DNA of 63,429 nucleotides, counting the filler, from Chiloscyllium plagiosum (lineage: Eukaryota): NCBI RefSeq assembly GCF_004010195.1. It is 4 parts of one record of this genome, joined end to end, with 100 filler letters (N's around TTAATTAATTAA, not from the genome) between each part and the next. Parts side by side here need not be neighbours in the genome. Positions count along the whole stretch, not along the records: positions 1 to 19,934 come from NC_057711.1; positions 20,035 to 36,506 come from NC_057711.1; 2 more parts are not named here. The stretch is one strand, 5' to 3'. The notes under the pieces were generated by a model. It did no database searches. It worked only from the letters and a program-made list of their open reading frames with translations, and was not told the DNA's origin. Positions 11,259 through 23,649 of the stretch are shown here, in pieces (position 1 is the stretch's first letter; each line of letters begins with the position of its first letter). The position numbers were made by a program, and so were the translations under genes.

Positions 11259-11900
11259 CAGTAGCGCCTCGACATACAAACGACCCCGTTCACAAAGAAA
11301 TCGGTTTACGAACAGGATTGTACGTAAAACTTTGCTTCAACGTACGTACGAAATTCAAGGTACGAACAAAGGTACGAACTCAAAAAGCCCGTGTGCGACC
11401 ACGTGGTTTCATTGTTCTACCCAGCGTGGAGGAGAATGGGCCCAGCGCAGAGGGGAGTGGTCCCAGTGTGGAGGAGAATGGGCCTAGCGCGGAGGAGAAT
11501 GGGCTCAGTGTGGAGGAGAATGGGCCCAGTGTGGAGGCGAATGGGCCCAGTGTGGAGGCGAGTGGGCCCTGTGTGGAGGCGAATGGGCCTAGTCTGGAGG
11601 AGAATGGGCCCAGTGTGGAGGAGAATGGGCCCAGCGCAGAGGAGAATGGGCCTAGTGTGGAGGAGAATGGGCCCAGTGTGGAGGAGAATGGGCCCAGCGC
11701 GGAGGAGAATGGGCCCAGCGCGGAGGAGAGTGGTCCCAGTGTGGGGGAGAATGGGCCCAGCGTGGAGGAGAATGGGCCCTTACTTATTTTTCCAGGGTGA
11801 GCCCAGGACCTGGCCTCAGAATCAGCAGCTCCTATATCAGCGGAGGCAATATTGACGAGATGGGCCCAGCAGTGAAAGATGGCGCCTGAGGATCAGCGAC
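11259..11900 (+). mobile_element. Probable non-autonomous Tc1/mariner-Tigger-like DNA transposon, left end only
   Basis: TA followed by CAGTAGCGCCTCGACATAC and repeated TACGAA submotifs, typical of Tigger-type termini; CpG-rich; right TIR not found. Confidence 0.5.
11420..11779. repeat. 21-bp minisatellite, 17 copies (CCCAGTGTGGAGGAGAATGGG)
   Basis: Direct tandem copies; reads (PSVEENG)17 in one frame. Confidence 0.97.
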
Positions 11901-12014
11901 TTGAAATCCGTTGGTGGTCGTGGAATCATGGCAACAAATGAAAGTTTTTCACGGTATTTTATTGTATTCTTACTGCAAAATACACGTGACAATAGAAATC
12001 ATTCATTCATTCAT

Positions 12015-12392
12015 GTACACCCATTCCCTCCACCACCAATGCTCAGTAGCAGCAGCATGTACTATCTACAATCTGCAGGAATTCATCAAAGATCCTTAGA
12101 GAGGAACTTCCAAACCCACGACCACTTCCATCTGGAAGGGCAAGGGCAGCAGATACATGGGAACGCCACCACCTGCAAGTCCCCCTCTGAGCCGCTCACC
12201 ATCCTGACTGGAAAATATGTTGCCGTCCCTTCACTGTCAATGGGTCAAAATCCTGGAATTCCCTCCCTAAGGGCATTCCTACAGCACAGGGACTGCAGCG
12301 GTTCAAGGTGGCACCTCACCATCACCTCAAGGGGCAATTAGGGACAGGGCAATAAATGCCAGCTGTGCCCATATCCCATGAGTCAATAAAAT
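12015..12392 (+). mobile_element. Second LINE family (CR1/L2 group) 3' end
   Basis: 'ctgcagcggttcaaggtggc...gggcaataaatgcc' tail; homologous to 36890-37690 (-) and 31710-32190. Confidence 0.7.
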
Positions 12393-13254
12393 GCCAGACC
12401 CCACCCACTGAAAGCTCTGACGAGTTCTCTCTCACTGATGTCACTAACACTGTGTAAAATATTGGTGTTATCAGTCAGGAGTGTGGGTAAAGGCTGAAGG
12501 TTGAAGTATCTTTATTTCCTCAGTGTTTACAGTGAATAGTCAGTCTCTGCCGAGTACTGTGTCCGGTATGTTAAGGTGTGTGCTTGGTTCCTGCCGTTGC
12601 CATCACCCATAAAACTAACCGTCATTCCTAATTGACTGGCACCACCCAATTTGGGTGAATTTCCTACTCAACACCACAAATAACAGGATGTCTTGTTGTG
12701 AGCTTGCTGGGCACATTACAGCAGTAACTGGGTGACTGTGAGCACTTTGAGAAATCCTGAGGTCATGGGCGACGCTATATAAATGCAGTTCCTTTACTTT
12801 CTAGGCGATCCATGGAGAACAGGATATCTGTGGTTTGAAGACTGGTCTCCGTTGACCTGTCAGGGAGACCTTGCCCATCCACCTATTGGTTTGTGGGTTA
12901 AGGAGGAAACAGCAGTCCATGATTCGAACATCACAGAAGCTGGAAATCTGAACAAAAACCCAAAAATGTTGGAAGTGCTGAGCAGGGCTGGCAGCAGCTC
13001 CCAGTGGAGAGGGAAACAAGGCTCACGTCACAGGCCTGTAACCTGGTGTCAGACAGCAAACAGTGAGGAAGGACCGGAGGAATACGAGGGGCTGAGGATG
13101 TGGGGAATGAAAGGGAGGCTCAGAAACAGGACACAGAAGCTGGAGAAATTAAATTAAAGCAGTGGCAAAGAAACAAGGGAATGTATCTTGGGGAGGTGTG
13201 AATGGCAGAACCCAAAATAGTTGTCAAAAGAAATGAGAGCGGAATAAAGAATAC

Positions 13255-13360
13255 AATCCACACAGACACAGGGAGAATGTCCACACCTGAGGGAGAAATC
13301 GAACCCAGGTCCCTAGTGCTGTGAGGCAGCAGTGCTAACCACTGAGCCACCATGACACCC
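13255..13360 (-). mobile_element. HE1-type tRNA-derived SINE, partial
   Basis: Reverse complement 'ggtggctcagtggttagcactgctgcctcacagcactagggacctgggttcgatt' with A and B boxes. Confidence 0.85.
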
Positions 13361-13875
13361 CATAATACTGTATACTTAATTAAAAAGTGTACACGTATTG
13401 GGAATATGTATTGAGTTGTTTACGGACTATGTAGAAAGCTGGAAGATATGTAACTAGTGGGAGGGTTTCCAGATTGAAAAAGGTTTTTGATCAGGTCATT
13501 TACTGAAAAGGAAGTCTCGAGTTTAATGTGTGGAGTGGATTAGCCACAGCTTACACTGACTTGGGGGAGGACAAGCAAGGGTTTAGAATGATAAGGGATG
13601 GGTTTATGGCCCTTAATTGCTTGAAAACGTGGCTTGGAAAAGGTCTCCATGTTAATTACTGCTCAGCAACCTTTCTGGATTTAGTTTTCTGTTTTTACAG
13701 ATCAAAGTGGTCAGTAAAGAGGAAAATGACAGGAAGTGTAAGTCACTCTCCCGCCCTCTTAGCAGATGTTTCTGGGAAGCTGCTAAAGTTTTCATATACC
13801 AATTGGGCAGACTCTGATAGGAGCCCAATCCAGTAAGGTGCAGTAACTCTCATTGCCATGCTGCAGGAAGGCAGG

Positions 13876-14413
13876 GACACACACATACACATACGCACAC
13901 ACACACACAGACACATACACACAGGCACACACACACACAGGCACATACAGATACACACACAGACACATACACACAGACTAGGAGAAAGTGAGGATTGCAG
14001 ATGCTGGAGATCAGACCTGAAAAATGTGTGCTGGAAAAGCGCAGCAGGTCAGGCAGCATCCAAGGAGCAGGAGAATCGACATTTCGGGCATAAGCCCTTC
14101 TTCATGAATGTGCTGCGCTTTTCCAACAACACACTTTTCAACACACAAACAGACACCTACACACACACAGACACATACACACAGACACACACACAGATGC
14201 ACACATACAGATGCACACACAAACAGACACCCACACACACCCACATACATACAGACACACACAGACACATGGACACAGACACACACATATGTGCACACAC
14301 AGACACACACAGAGACACGCACACACACACACATATACACAGACACACACACACACAGACACACACAAACATACACAAACAGACAGACACACACACACAC
14401 ACACACACACACA
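13876..14413. repeat. (CA)n-rich microsatellite interrupted by a fold-back family A PLE piece (13980-14140)
   Basis: AC repeats on both sides; inner inverted 'gctggaaaagcgcagca / tgctgcgcttttcca'. Confidence 0.9.
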
Positions 14414-14519
14414 GTCCCTTCCCCGTCCTCCCCCCAGCTCGCGGACTGGACTGGGCTGCAGCTCCAAGCTGCTCACTGTTTGTATGCCTGGGCTGTCTAC
14501 GCTACCGCCCAGTGAAGCG

Positions 14520-15150
14520 GCTGCGGAGGGGAATAGAGACTGTCAAACACCTCCTTCTGGGATGTGCCTTTGCAAAGGAAGTCTGGAGAGAGATGTAGTG
14601 GGGTTTGTTGAGGTTTGTCCCGAGCAGCTCTGTGACGTGAGTCTCTGTGACGTGGGTCTCTGTGACATGGGACTCTGTGACGTGAGTCTCTGTGACGTGA
14701 GTCTCTGTGCTCTACAATCTGCTCGCCGCGGTGCACACCGAGACAAACATCAACTGCACCTGGGGATCCATCAGTTTGCTGAAGGTCTTGTTGGTCTTCC
14801 AAGATGTGGAATTGACGCTGATGAGTGTTACAGACCGGCACATTCCAAGGTCCGGGACTATGTGCTGAGGGACGCACTGAAGTTTGGGGCAGCTGCCGCC
14901 AAGGCACAGTGGGGAAGGACCACTGTCTGAGGTCTTTCTGCTGAAGGTTCAGATATTGGATTATCCTGGTCCTTCATTTTTATGTAAATATGATCTTGTA
15001 TAAGTAGGAGATGCCTTTGGTTTGTTTGTTGAATAGAGTCAATCTCTTCATATGTTACTACACAGAGCTGCTCGGGAACCAAGCTGCGTTTGTGACTATG
15101 TATCTAAAAATACTTTTTATGATCAAAATATATTTTTGAAAGAAAATAAA
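14520..15150 (+). mobile_element. Tx1/L1-clade LINE ORF2 C-terminus and tail
   Basis: '[17 protein letters not shown]' zinc-binding remnant and 'AHSKVRDYVLRDALKFGAAAAKAQWGRTTV*', then an A-rich tail. Confidence 0.75.
14626..14709. repeat. 15-bp tandem repeat (CTCTGTGACGTGAGT) x about 5.5
   Basis: Direct tandem copies inside the Tx1 fragment. Confidence 0.9.
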
Positions 15151-16399
15151 AGCCTTGCTGTCTTACTGCTCGCTCACTCTGAGCTTACTCGGGGGTGCCC
15201 AGCATCCCCTGCCTTGCATTGCCTTTGTGTTCTTTGCCCCTCAGCCAGAGGTCCCAGACTCACTGTGGGCTGCTGGTGCAAAGTTAAGAAGCTTATCGTG
15301 ATCATCAGCAATCCTCAGTCAAGGGGGTCCCAGCTCAGGGGGATGGTCAAAAACAGTCTTCAGCAGCAGCTCGGGGGCTTGGACACAGTCGGGCGGCTGC
15401 CTGAGGGGGGCAGACAAAGTCAGGATACTCTCCACATCGGGGGCTAAGGAGCTGAAGGGCAGTCACCACCAGCCTCCACACTTTCTGACAGACCCTGGCT
15501 GGAATGAAGGAGAGAGGCAGGTAATCGGGGAAGTGAAAGTGGGTGATGCAGCGAGCCTGACATCAACAGATGTCTAATCTATAGGGGAATCAAGGGGTTG
15601 GAGGGAAAGGCAGCAATGTGGGGGTTGAGGATTATTGATCAGGGTGGAGCAGACTGGATGGGCCAAATGGCCTGCCTTTGCTCCTATTTTAATGGTCCGT
15701 TACTGTCGGGGAGTAGGGAGCACAGAGGGGCGTGCAGGGTTAGTGCTGTCAGGGTTGGAGTGGGTGAGAGGGAGGGGAGAGTACTGAAGGTCATTGATCT
15801 TCTTTCTCCAGATTCCTCCAGAGGGCAGTGACGCAGATGGCAGCCTCAGACCAGGCTGGGTATGGTCCAGTGTCACAGCCTCTACTGTCCTGGTGGAAGA
15901 GGACATCCTGCCTGTGCCCCATGGTATGCCCCCACCCAACCCCCAGCAGAAACTCCAGGTCCAAGCCCACAGAGAGGGGCATCGATTTCCTCATGGCTGC
16001 CATACTGAATGCCAACAGGTTTTTAAAGATGGCACAATGACAGGGATACTGGTCAGTTCAATATTTGGTGAGTGGGGAGTTGTTCCGGGAAATGGGCAGT
16101 ACAGTAAGATGGACTCAAGTCAAGATCAGGGTGGATAGTTCACAATGGTGGGTTCGTTAGGATATAGCAAGAGTAAAACTCACTACGCCTCGCAGCGAAC
16201 ACATCTCCAAAACACTCAAAGTGTCACACATGTAGCCCAGAAAGGAAATAGATTCTGCCCAGTATTTCTGATGACCTGATACTTCCTGAACTTTGGCACT
16301 TCCTAGTGACTCAGATCCAGCTTTATTTCAATCTGATTTTCCATCGGTCTCCAGCTGTCAGCCAGACTTGATTTCACTAAAACACAAAATTTGGTGGAT

Positions 16400-17650
16400 C
16401 AAATGGAGCTTTGTGCATGGGAAATGGTGTCTCACTAACTTGATTGGAGTTTTTTGAAGAGGTGACAAAGACGATTGATGGAGGCAGAGTGGAAGATATC
16501 GAAATGGACTTCAGCAAAGTGTTCGATAAGCTTCTGGATAGTAGACTAGTTAGCAAGGTTAGATCACATGGGATCCGGGAGAGCTAGCCAACTGGATACA
16601 AAATTGGCTTGAAGCTTGGAAACAGAGGGTGGTGGTGGAGGGTTGCTTTTCAGACTGGAGGCCAGTGACCAGTGGAGTGTCACAAGGGATAGGTGCTAGG
16701 CCCAATGCTTTACATGATTTATATAAATGATTTGGATATGAACATATCCAAGATAACCTTCTTCGCTGAGATAACAGCTGTAGTGGACAGCAAAGAAGGT
16801 TATCTCAGAGTACAACAAGTTCTTGATTAGATGGGCCAATGGGCCAAGGAGTGGCAGATGGAGTTTAATTTAGATCAATGTGTTGCATCTTGGTAAGGCA
16901 CACCAGGGCAGGACCTATATATGTAACAGTAGGGTCTTGGGGAGTGTTGCCAACCAAAGAGACTTAGGGGTGCAGATGGCTTTCAAGGGGTTCCTTGAAA
17001 GTGGTGTCAAAGGTAGATAGGGCGGTGAAGAAGGCATTTGGCACACTTGCCTTCATTAGTCAGAATATTGAATTGGGAGGTCATATTGCGGCTATACAGG
17101 ACATTGGAGAGGCCACTTTTAGAATACTGCATGCAATTCTGGTCGCCCTTCTATAGGAAGGATGTTGTTAAACTTGAGAGGATGCAGAAAGATTACAAGG
17201 ATATTGCCAGGACTGGAGGATTTGAGTTACAGGGAAAGACTGAATAGACTGGGGCTGTTTTCCCTGGAGCATCAGAGGCTGAGGGGTGACCTTATAGAGG
17301 TTTATAAAATCATGAGGGGTATGGATAGGGTAGGTAGACAAGGTCCTCCTCCAGGGGAGTCCAAAACTAGAGGGCATAGCTTTAAGATGAAAGGAGGAAG
17401 ATTTAAAAAGGGCCTGAGTAGTGACTTTTACACAGAGAGGATGTGCATGTACAGAGTGAGCTGCCTGAGGAAGTGGAGGAGGCTGGTACAATTACAACAT
17501 TTAAAAGGCATCTGGATAGGTCTATGAATAGGAAGGATTCGGAGGGATATGGGCCAAGTGCTGGCAAGCGGGACTAGGTCATATTGGGATGTTTGATCGG
17601 TGCGGATATATTGGACCGAAGGGTCTGTTTCCATGCTGTAGGACTCTGTA
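16400..17650 (+). mobile_element. CR1/HER1 LINE 3' half, degenerate
   Basis: 'LYRTLERPLLEYCMQFWSP', '[31 protein letters not shown]' and 3' tail. Confidence 0.92.
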
Positions 17651-18009
17651 AATCATTACTTCTACCATTTGCTTTCACCATCTGAGTGTTTTCCCTTTCA
17701 CCTTTCTTTATAACATATCATCTCTGCAGAGACCGTTGTCTTTTTGTGTTCTTTGAGCTTGGCTCTGTTTGGGATTAGTGATGTTGTTCTAATGCTATAT
17801 TTTAGATGTTAACTATTATTTGCTGCTTATTTTAAGAATAGGTTTTGTGTTATAATGAACAGGGTTGAATTCATTAAAGAAGCCTGGTAATAGTCCTGAG
17901 ATTGTATTCATTAGAGTTTAGAAGGTTGAGGGGAGATCTAGTAGAAACTTACAAGATAATGGATGGCTTAGTAAGGAATTTGTTTCCATCAGGCAGGGAT
18001 ACTAGGAGT

Positions 18010-18310
18010 CTAGATTAGAGTGTTGCTGGAAAAGCACAGCAGGTCAGGCGGCATCCGAGGAGCAGGAGAATCAACGTTTTGGGCATAAGCCCCTCATCAG
18101 GAACGATTCCTGATGAAGGACTTATGGCCTCCACTGCCCTCTGTGGCAGTGAATTCCACATGCCCACCACTCTCTGGTTGAAGAAATGTCTCCTCATTTC
18201 CATTTAAAAATGACCCCCTCTAATTCTAAGGCTGTGCCCATGAGTCCTAGTCTCCCCTGAATAACGAAATCTGCTGTGCTTTTCCAGCACCACTCTAATC
18301 TTGAATCTAA
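18010..18310. mobile_element. Fold-back family A PLE piece mixed with CR1 fragments
   Basis: 'tcatcaggaa-cga-ttcctgatga' turn-around at about 18094-18118; arms at 18010-18040 and 18270-18305. Confidence 0.7.
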
Positions 18311-19214
18311 GTGATCATTAATAAAGACACACCTGAAACCCGAGGGACGGAAAATTGTATAAGAATTCAACTCGAGGATTCCTCAGGAACAGAACTCTGG
18401 AGAAAACACAGCAGAAAGATCCTGGACACATTCAGAGACAGACACTATTGTTTGGAATCGTAGCTAAATTCCACCATTAATCGAGTAATAGTTAAATTGG
18501 ACTGTGAGGCTTAACTTGCTTCTGTGAGGGGTCTTACTTTAGTTGCTACATGCAGTAAAGTTCAAACAATTGTTTCAATATTTGATTGACTGGGAGATTT
18601 CTCAACAAGAAGTTGAGTTTAAGGTAGCATGTGGTAATTTACACACAGCAGTGGTCACTTGGCTGTAATAGTGGAACCTGTCAGATGGCCTGAACTCAGA
18701 GTCGATCCCCTTCCCAACAACAGGCCATACCATCAGCTTTGAGGGGAGGATGGTGAAAATTGGCTTCCTCTTCCTGACAATATTGTTTCAATGTTTCATA
18801 TCGCATAAGCAAATGGCTACAGCTCAGGCAAAGAGCATTTGGCCCATCATTTCCGTGCTGGCTCTTCAAATGCCTCGTGGCCCTGCATGCTCTTGCTTTT
18901 TGGATAATAATCCAATTTACTCTTGAGGGCTTTGACTAAACCTGTCTCCACCACCCGCTCAGACAGCTCAGTCCAAATCTCAACCACTTGCTGTAGGAAA
19001 AGGTTTCTTCTCATGTCACCATTCCTTCCTTTGTCAATCAACTTCAACTGGTGCCCTCTCATTCTCCACCTCCCACCACTAGGGGGTGGTGTAATGGTAA
19101 TGTGCAGGACCCCAGGTCAATGTGTTGGGGACCTGGGTTTGAGTGCCACTGTTTTGAATTTGATAACAAGGATGTGGATTTTGTTTTAAAATGGCGACCA
19201 CATGGTGCCCAAGG

Positions 19215-19391
19215 ACAGTACGGTGGCTCAGTGGTTAGCACTGCTGTTTCACAGCACCAGGGACCCAGGATTGATTCCAGCCTCAGGTGACTGTGTGGAG
19301 TTTGCATATTCTCCTTGCATCTGCATGGGTTTCCTCCGGGTGCTCTGGTTTCCTCCCACAGTCCAAAGATGTGCAGGTTAGGGTGGATTGG
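19215..19391 (+). mobile_element. HE1-type V-SINE, 5' part
   Basis: tRNA-like head plus V-domain 'gggtttcctccgggtgctctggtttcctcccacagtccaaaga'. Confidence 0.9.
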
Positions 19392-19850
19392 GAGAAAGTG
19401 AGGACTGCAGATGCTGGAGAATCAGAGTTGAAAAGTGTGGCGCTGGAAAACCACAGCAGGTCAGGCAGCATCCGAGGAGCAGGGGAGTTAACGTTTTGGG
19501 CAGGAGCTCTTCCTCAGGAATGTGGGGGAGGTGGGGAAGGGGGCTGAGAGATAAATAGGAGGGTGAGTCTGGGGCTGGGGGGAAGATAGCTGGGAAGGTG
19601 GATAGGTGGAGTCAGTTGGGAGGTAATTGTGATAGGTCAGAGGGTAGGATGGTGCAGATCAGTGGGAAGGAAGGTGGACAGGTAGTTCAGGTCATGAGGG
19701 CAGAGTCAAGTTGGAAGGTTGGATCTGGGATAAGCTGGGGGGGGGAGGGAAATGAAGAAACTGGTGAAACCACATTGATGCAAGGTTGGAGGGTCCCACG
19801 GTGGAAACATGATGCATTCTTCCCCCAGGTGTCGGGTGGTTAGGGAGTGG
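19391..19850 (-). mobile_element. Penelope family A 3' fragment inserted in the HE1 SINE
   Basis: Begins with the family terminus 'ggagaaagtgaggactgcagatgctgg'. Confidence 0.8.
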
Positions 19851-19934
19851 CAATGATTAATGGGTGCATTCGCAGCTGGCAGACTGAAATGGATAGTGGT
19901 TTCCCTTTTGTTCAATCCTTCACTGCCAGCTACA

Positions 19935-20034
19935 NNNNNNNNNNNNNNNNNNNNNNNNNNNNNNNNNNNNNNNNNNNNTTAATTAATTAANNNNNNNNNN
20001 NNNNNNNNNNNNNNNNNNNNNNNNNNNNNNNNNN
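19935..20034. other. Artificial 100-bp linker N44-TTAATTAATTAA-N44
   Basis: Identical structure at 36507-36606 and 60663-60762. Confidence 0.97.
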
Positions 20035-20482
20035 GTACCTCATTTTTTCTCTGCATATTTCCTTCTTAGTAATCTTCTGTTGTTCTTTAAAAGCTTCCCA
20101 GTCCTCCGTTTTCCCACTTATCTTTGCTATGTTATACTTTTTCTCTTTTGGCTTTATATGTTTCTTAACTTCCCTCGTCAGCCACGGCCACCCCTGCCTC
20201 CTCCTAGGATCTTTCTTCCTTTTTGGAATGAACTGATCCTGCATCTTCTGCATTATACCCAGAAATATCCGCCATTGTTCCTCCACTGTCATCCCTGCTA
20301 AGGTATTGCACCATTGAACTTTGGGCAGCTCCTCCCTCATAGCTCCATATTTCCCTTTATTCAACTGAAATATTGTCACTACCGATTGTACCCTCTCCCT
20401 TTCAAATTGCAGATTGAAGCTTATTGTATTATGGTCACTACCTCCTAATGGCTCCTTCACTTCGAGGTCCCTGATCAACTCT
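20035..20482 (-). mobile_element. CR1 ORF2 fragment (end of the APE domain and linker)
   Basis: 'EPLGGSDHNTISF...PWLTREVKKHIK'. Confidence 0.9.
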
Positions 20483-21439
20483 GGTGATAAGACAAACTTT
20501 GATTATAAACCAACTCCTAATCAGTTGCCAATTCTACTGCTAACCTTGCAGTTTTAATTCTCTACTCTTCAACATGAGTTATCTCTACTTCAGGCAGTGA
20601 ATTTTTGAACCACTCCAAGATAACAGGCCCTCTAAGACCATCATAGGACTATTTTCAATGTACATATCCACCTATCAAAATTACTCTGTTTTGATCTTTT
20701 CACATATCATGTACATTTAACCAAGTTCTCTCCTTTGCTTCCTAAAATGTTGTCTGTAGGCTTCTGGCACTAATTCGTATGGACTTTTTTTTTCATTTCA
20801 TGATACTTCCCAGGGACCCCGTCTGATAGTGATGTAAACACCTGACCAGCTCTACCTACCAAATTTGTTTGGATCAACAATTACCACATAGTCACTGGCT
20901 GTTTCATTGCCACAGAAGGCTGTGGAGGCCAGGTCATTGAGTCTATTTAAAACAGAAATAGATTCTTGAGTATCAAGGGGATCAAGGGTTATGGGGAGAA
21001 AGCAGGAGAACGGGGTTGAGAAACTTATCAGTCATGATCAAATGGCGGAGCAGGCTTGATGGGCTGAATGGCCTAATTTCTGCTGCTATGTCTTATGGTC
21101 TTATGGAAATGGAAAAGATTTCTATATCCTTCCCGTTGAACCTTAACAATGTTTGAACATATTTAAACAGATACCCACCAGGCCTTTGGCTACAATGGGT
21201 TCACTGTTCATCACTGTCCTCATCACTGCTCCCACCGTTTAACTTTACCTCTGCCATTGTAAGTCGACTTTTTTGGTAAGTATATGGATAGGAAAGCTTT
21301 GGAGGGATGTGGCCAGGAGCAGGTAGGTGGGATTAGTTTAGTTTGGGATTATTTTCGGCATGAACTGGTTAGACTGAAGGGTCGCCTCCAGTCTGTTTCC
21401 GTGCTGTATGACTCTGTGACTCTATGGCTTTCACTTTTC

Positions 21440-22620
21440 AATGCCAACTTCTGAAATCAAAATTTCTCTCTTTATCCCTTTCTTCTGATCGGGCTATTCT
21501 TTCCTTTTCTTTTCCTTCCGCTTTCAATCAGAACTCAAATTGTTTCATTTTGTTTTCATAGTAATTCTTTTGTTCTTTGTTCTGCTGCAATTTGCCTTCT
21601 CTTTTATCCATTGCCATTGCCTCTGATTCAATCTGCTCCATTTGCAATTGAATGTTAGTCATTACCAATAATCCTGATTGCATTCGAGGCAATTGTAAAT
21701 GCTGAAATGTTGCTACAATGATCTCCCCTTTCTGCACAGACACAGGCAGTTCCAACTTTAGTTTGCCTGTCTCTTCAGAAAGCTTTGCCTCACCCAAGTG
21801 ACTTTTTGCAGCCACAGGAAACTCTTAATGATTGATAGAACCTTTATTACACAAACCACACTCTATTTAAACCAATCAGATGCAACACCCAAAGTCCAAT
21901 AATCCTAAACCCAACATAGAATCAGAGATTTTGATTGCACACAAACCCCCAATTTTGTTATGGACCAGACCAGATCACCCCACCACCCCACCAAAATGTA
22001 GTAAAGAGAAAGCCTCGGCACTAACTTTCATATTATTTAAAGGCACGGATAAGGCACTGTGTTCCAGATGTAATTTGATTGGTTCACCGCTAGGCTTGAA
22101 GCACACACACTTTATTCCGACAACACAGTTAAATACAAAAAAAACCTGACATAACTTTAACTTTATTTAAATACTTAACAAGATAATATATCATTAACTG
22201 TTCCAATGTTGGTACATCCCATAAACGCACCCTTGCCAAGGCAATTTAACAAAACAGTTTTATTCTCAGGCATTATCTTTCTCTAGTCCAGCAGACTGAA
22301 ATCCTGAAAGAAACCATCTGCCCCTTTTGATTTTTAAGATGAAGTCTCACTGTCTAAGACTCTCACAGCAGAAAACTCAAGCTTTTGGTTTCAGCAGCCA
22401 GCGAAAACCTTTAAGTAACTAAAAGTAAAACTAAAAACCTTCTTGGGCTTGTGTGAACCCTGGCCCTGCGCACTCATGATTCTTTTGTCTCATTTTTTTT
22501 TAAAAAAAGCAAAACAATTTATTCTGCTTGCCTGGAGAAGGCATCTTGGTATCAGGGTGACTACAACACTCTGCAAGAGGAACAGAACAGAGCACATCTC
22601 TTTTAAAGGCAAAGTGTCAC
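21440..22620 (-). mobile_element. Gypsy-type LTR retrotransposon 5' remnant: LTR (about 21956-22620), degenerate tRNA-Pro PBS (21934-21951), gag N-terminus
   Basis: Minus strand reads ...TAACA-aaat-TGGGGGTTTGT (cf. PBS-Pro TGGGGGCTCGTCCGGGAT), then 'KLKLELPVSVQKGEII...HLQL...IQLQMEQIE' coiled-coil gag-like peptide. Confidence 0.65.
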
Positions 22621-22954
22621 CCCATTATGCTGTGCCCCACTGTGTGACTAGTGTTTGAGGACTCCCACCAGGGACTTCTTTCCCTTGCTATTTCTTACAG
22701 ACAGATTCTTCAGTGCTTGATCTCCAGTGCTGATTTCTCACTACATTTCTCATAATTTCTTACTGCAGTACTGATCTTTTCCTTTATTAAAAAGGCTACA
22801 CCACCTCTTTTTTTTTTTGGAAACATCTCTCTGAAGCACTGAGTACTCTTAGACCTTCAATTCCCAAACCTATCTCCCTGCAACCACGTCTTAGTAATTG
22901 CCACCAAACCATAACCATTTGCCTGTATTTGTGCTGTTAACTCATTAATATAAT

Positions 22955-23585
22955 CTGGACAAATGTGAGGTGATACATTTTAGAAGGTCTATTGCAGGAG
23001 AGACGTATACAGTAAATGGAAGAACTCTTTGAAGCATTAACACACAGAGGGATTTAGGCATATAGGTCCACAGTTCTCTGAAAATAGCAACCCAATTGAA
23101 TAAGGATGGTCAAGAAAGTGTGTGGCACGTTTGTCTTCATCGGTCAGGACTCAAGAATATAAAAATTGGCAAGTCATTTTGCAGTTTACAGAGAGTTAGT
23201 TGGGCTGCATTTGGAATATTGTGTCCAGTCCTGGTTAGCAGACTGCCAGAAGAATGTGGAAACATCAGAAAGGGTATAGAGAATGTTTTCCAGAGTGTTG
23301 CCTGGTTTGGAGGGTTTTAGCTATCAGGAGAGATTGGACAAACCTTCAGGGGTGACCTGAAAGAAGTTCACAAAATTATGAGAGGCGCAGAGTCTTCTTC
23401 CCAGGGTAGAAATATCAGTTACTAGGGGGACATAGGTTTAAGGGTTTAAGAGGAGAGTTGAAAGGAGGTGTGAGAGGTAGATGTTTTGCACAGAAGGCAG
23501 TAAATGCCTGGAATGTGCAGCCAGAGGAGGTGATAAGGGCTATAATAGCAATGTTGAAGAGACATCTAGATGGATGAATAGGGGA
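22955..23585 (+). mobile_element. Degenerate CR1 3' fragment
   Basis: 'HLEYCVQSW' remnant and 'actagggggacatagg' (TRGH) motif. Confidence 0.85.
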
Positions 23586-23649
23586 TATGTGTTGCTTAGG
23601 GGCAAAAAAGTTTTTAGTTTCTGTATAGTGCTGCTTTTTGTCTTTGTCT

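Noticed and set aside
12783..13157. 124-aa ORF with an apparent splice acceptor at 12803
   Set aside because: The pyrimidine tract is the tail of a Deu-type SINE, and the peptide is unrecognisable
14626..14709. Repeated CRE-like TGACGTGA motifs
   Set aside because: Local tandem expansion inside a Tx1 remnant; no evidence of function
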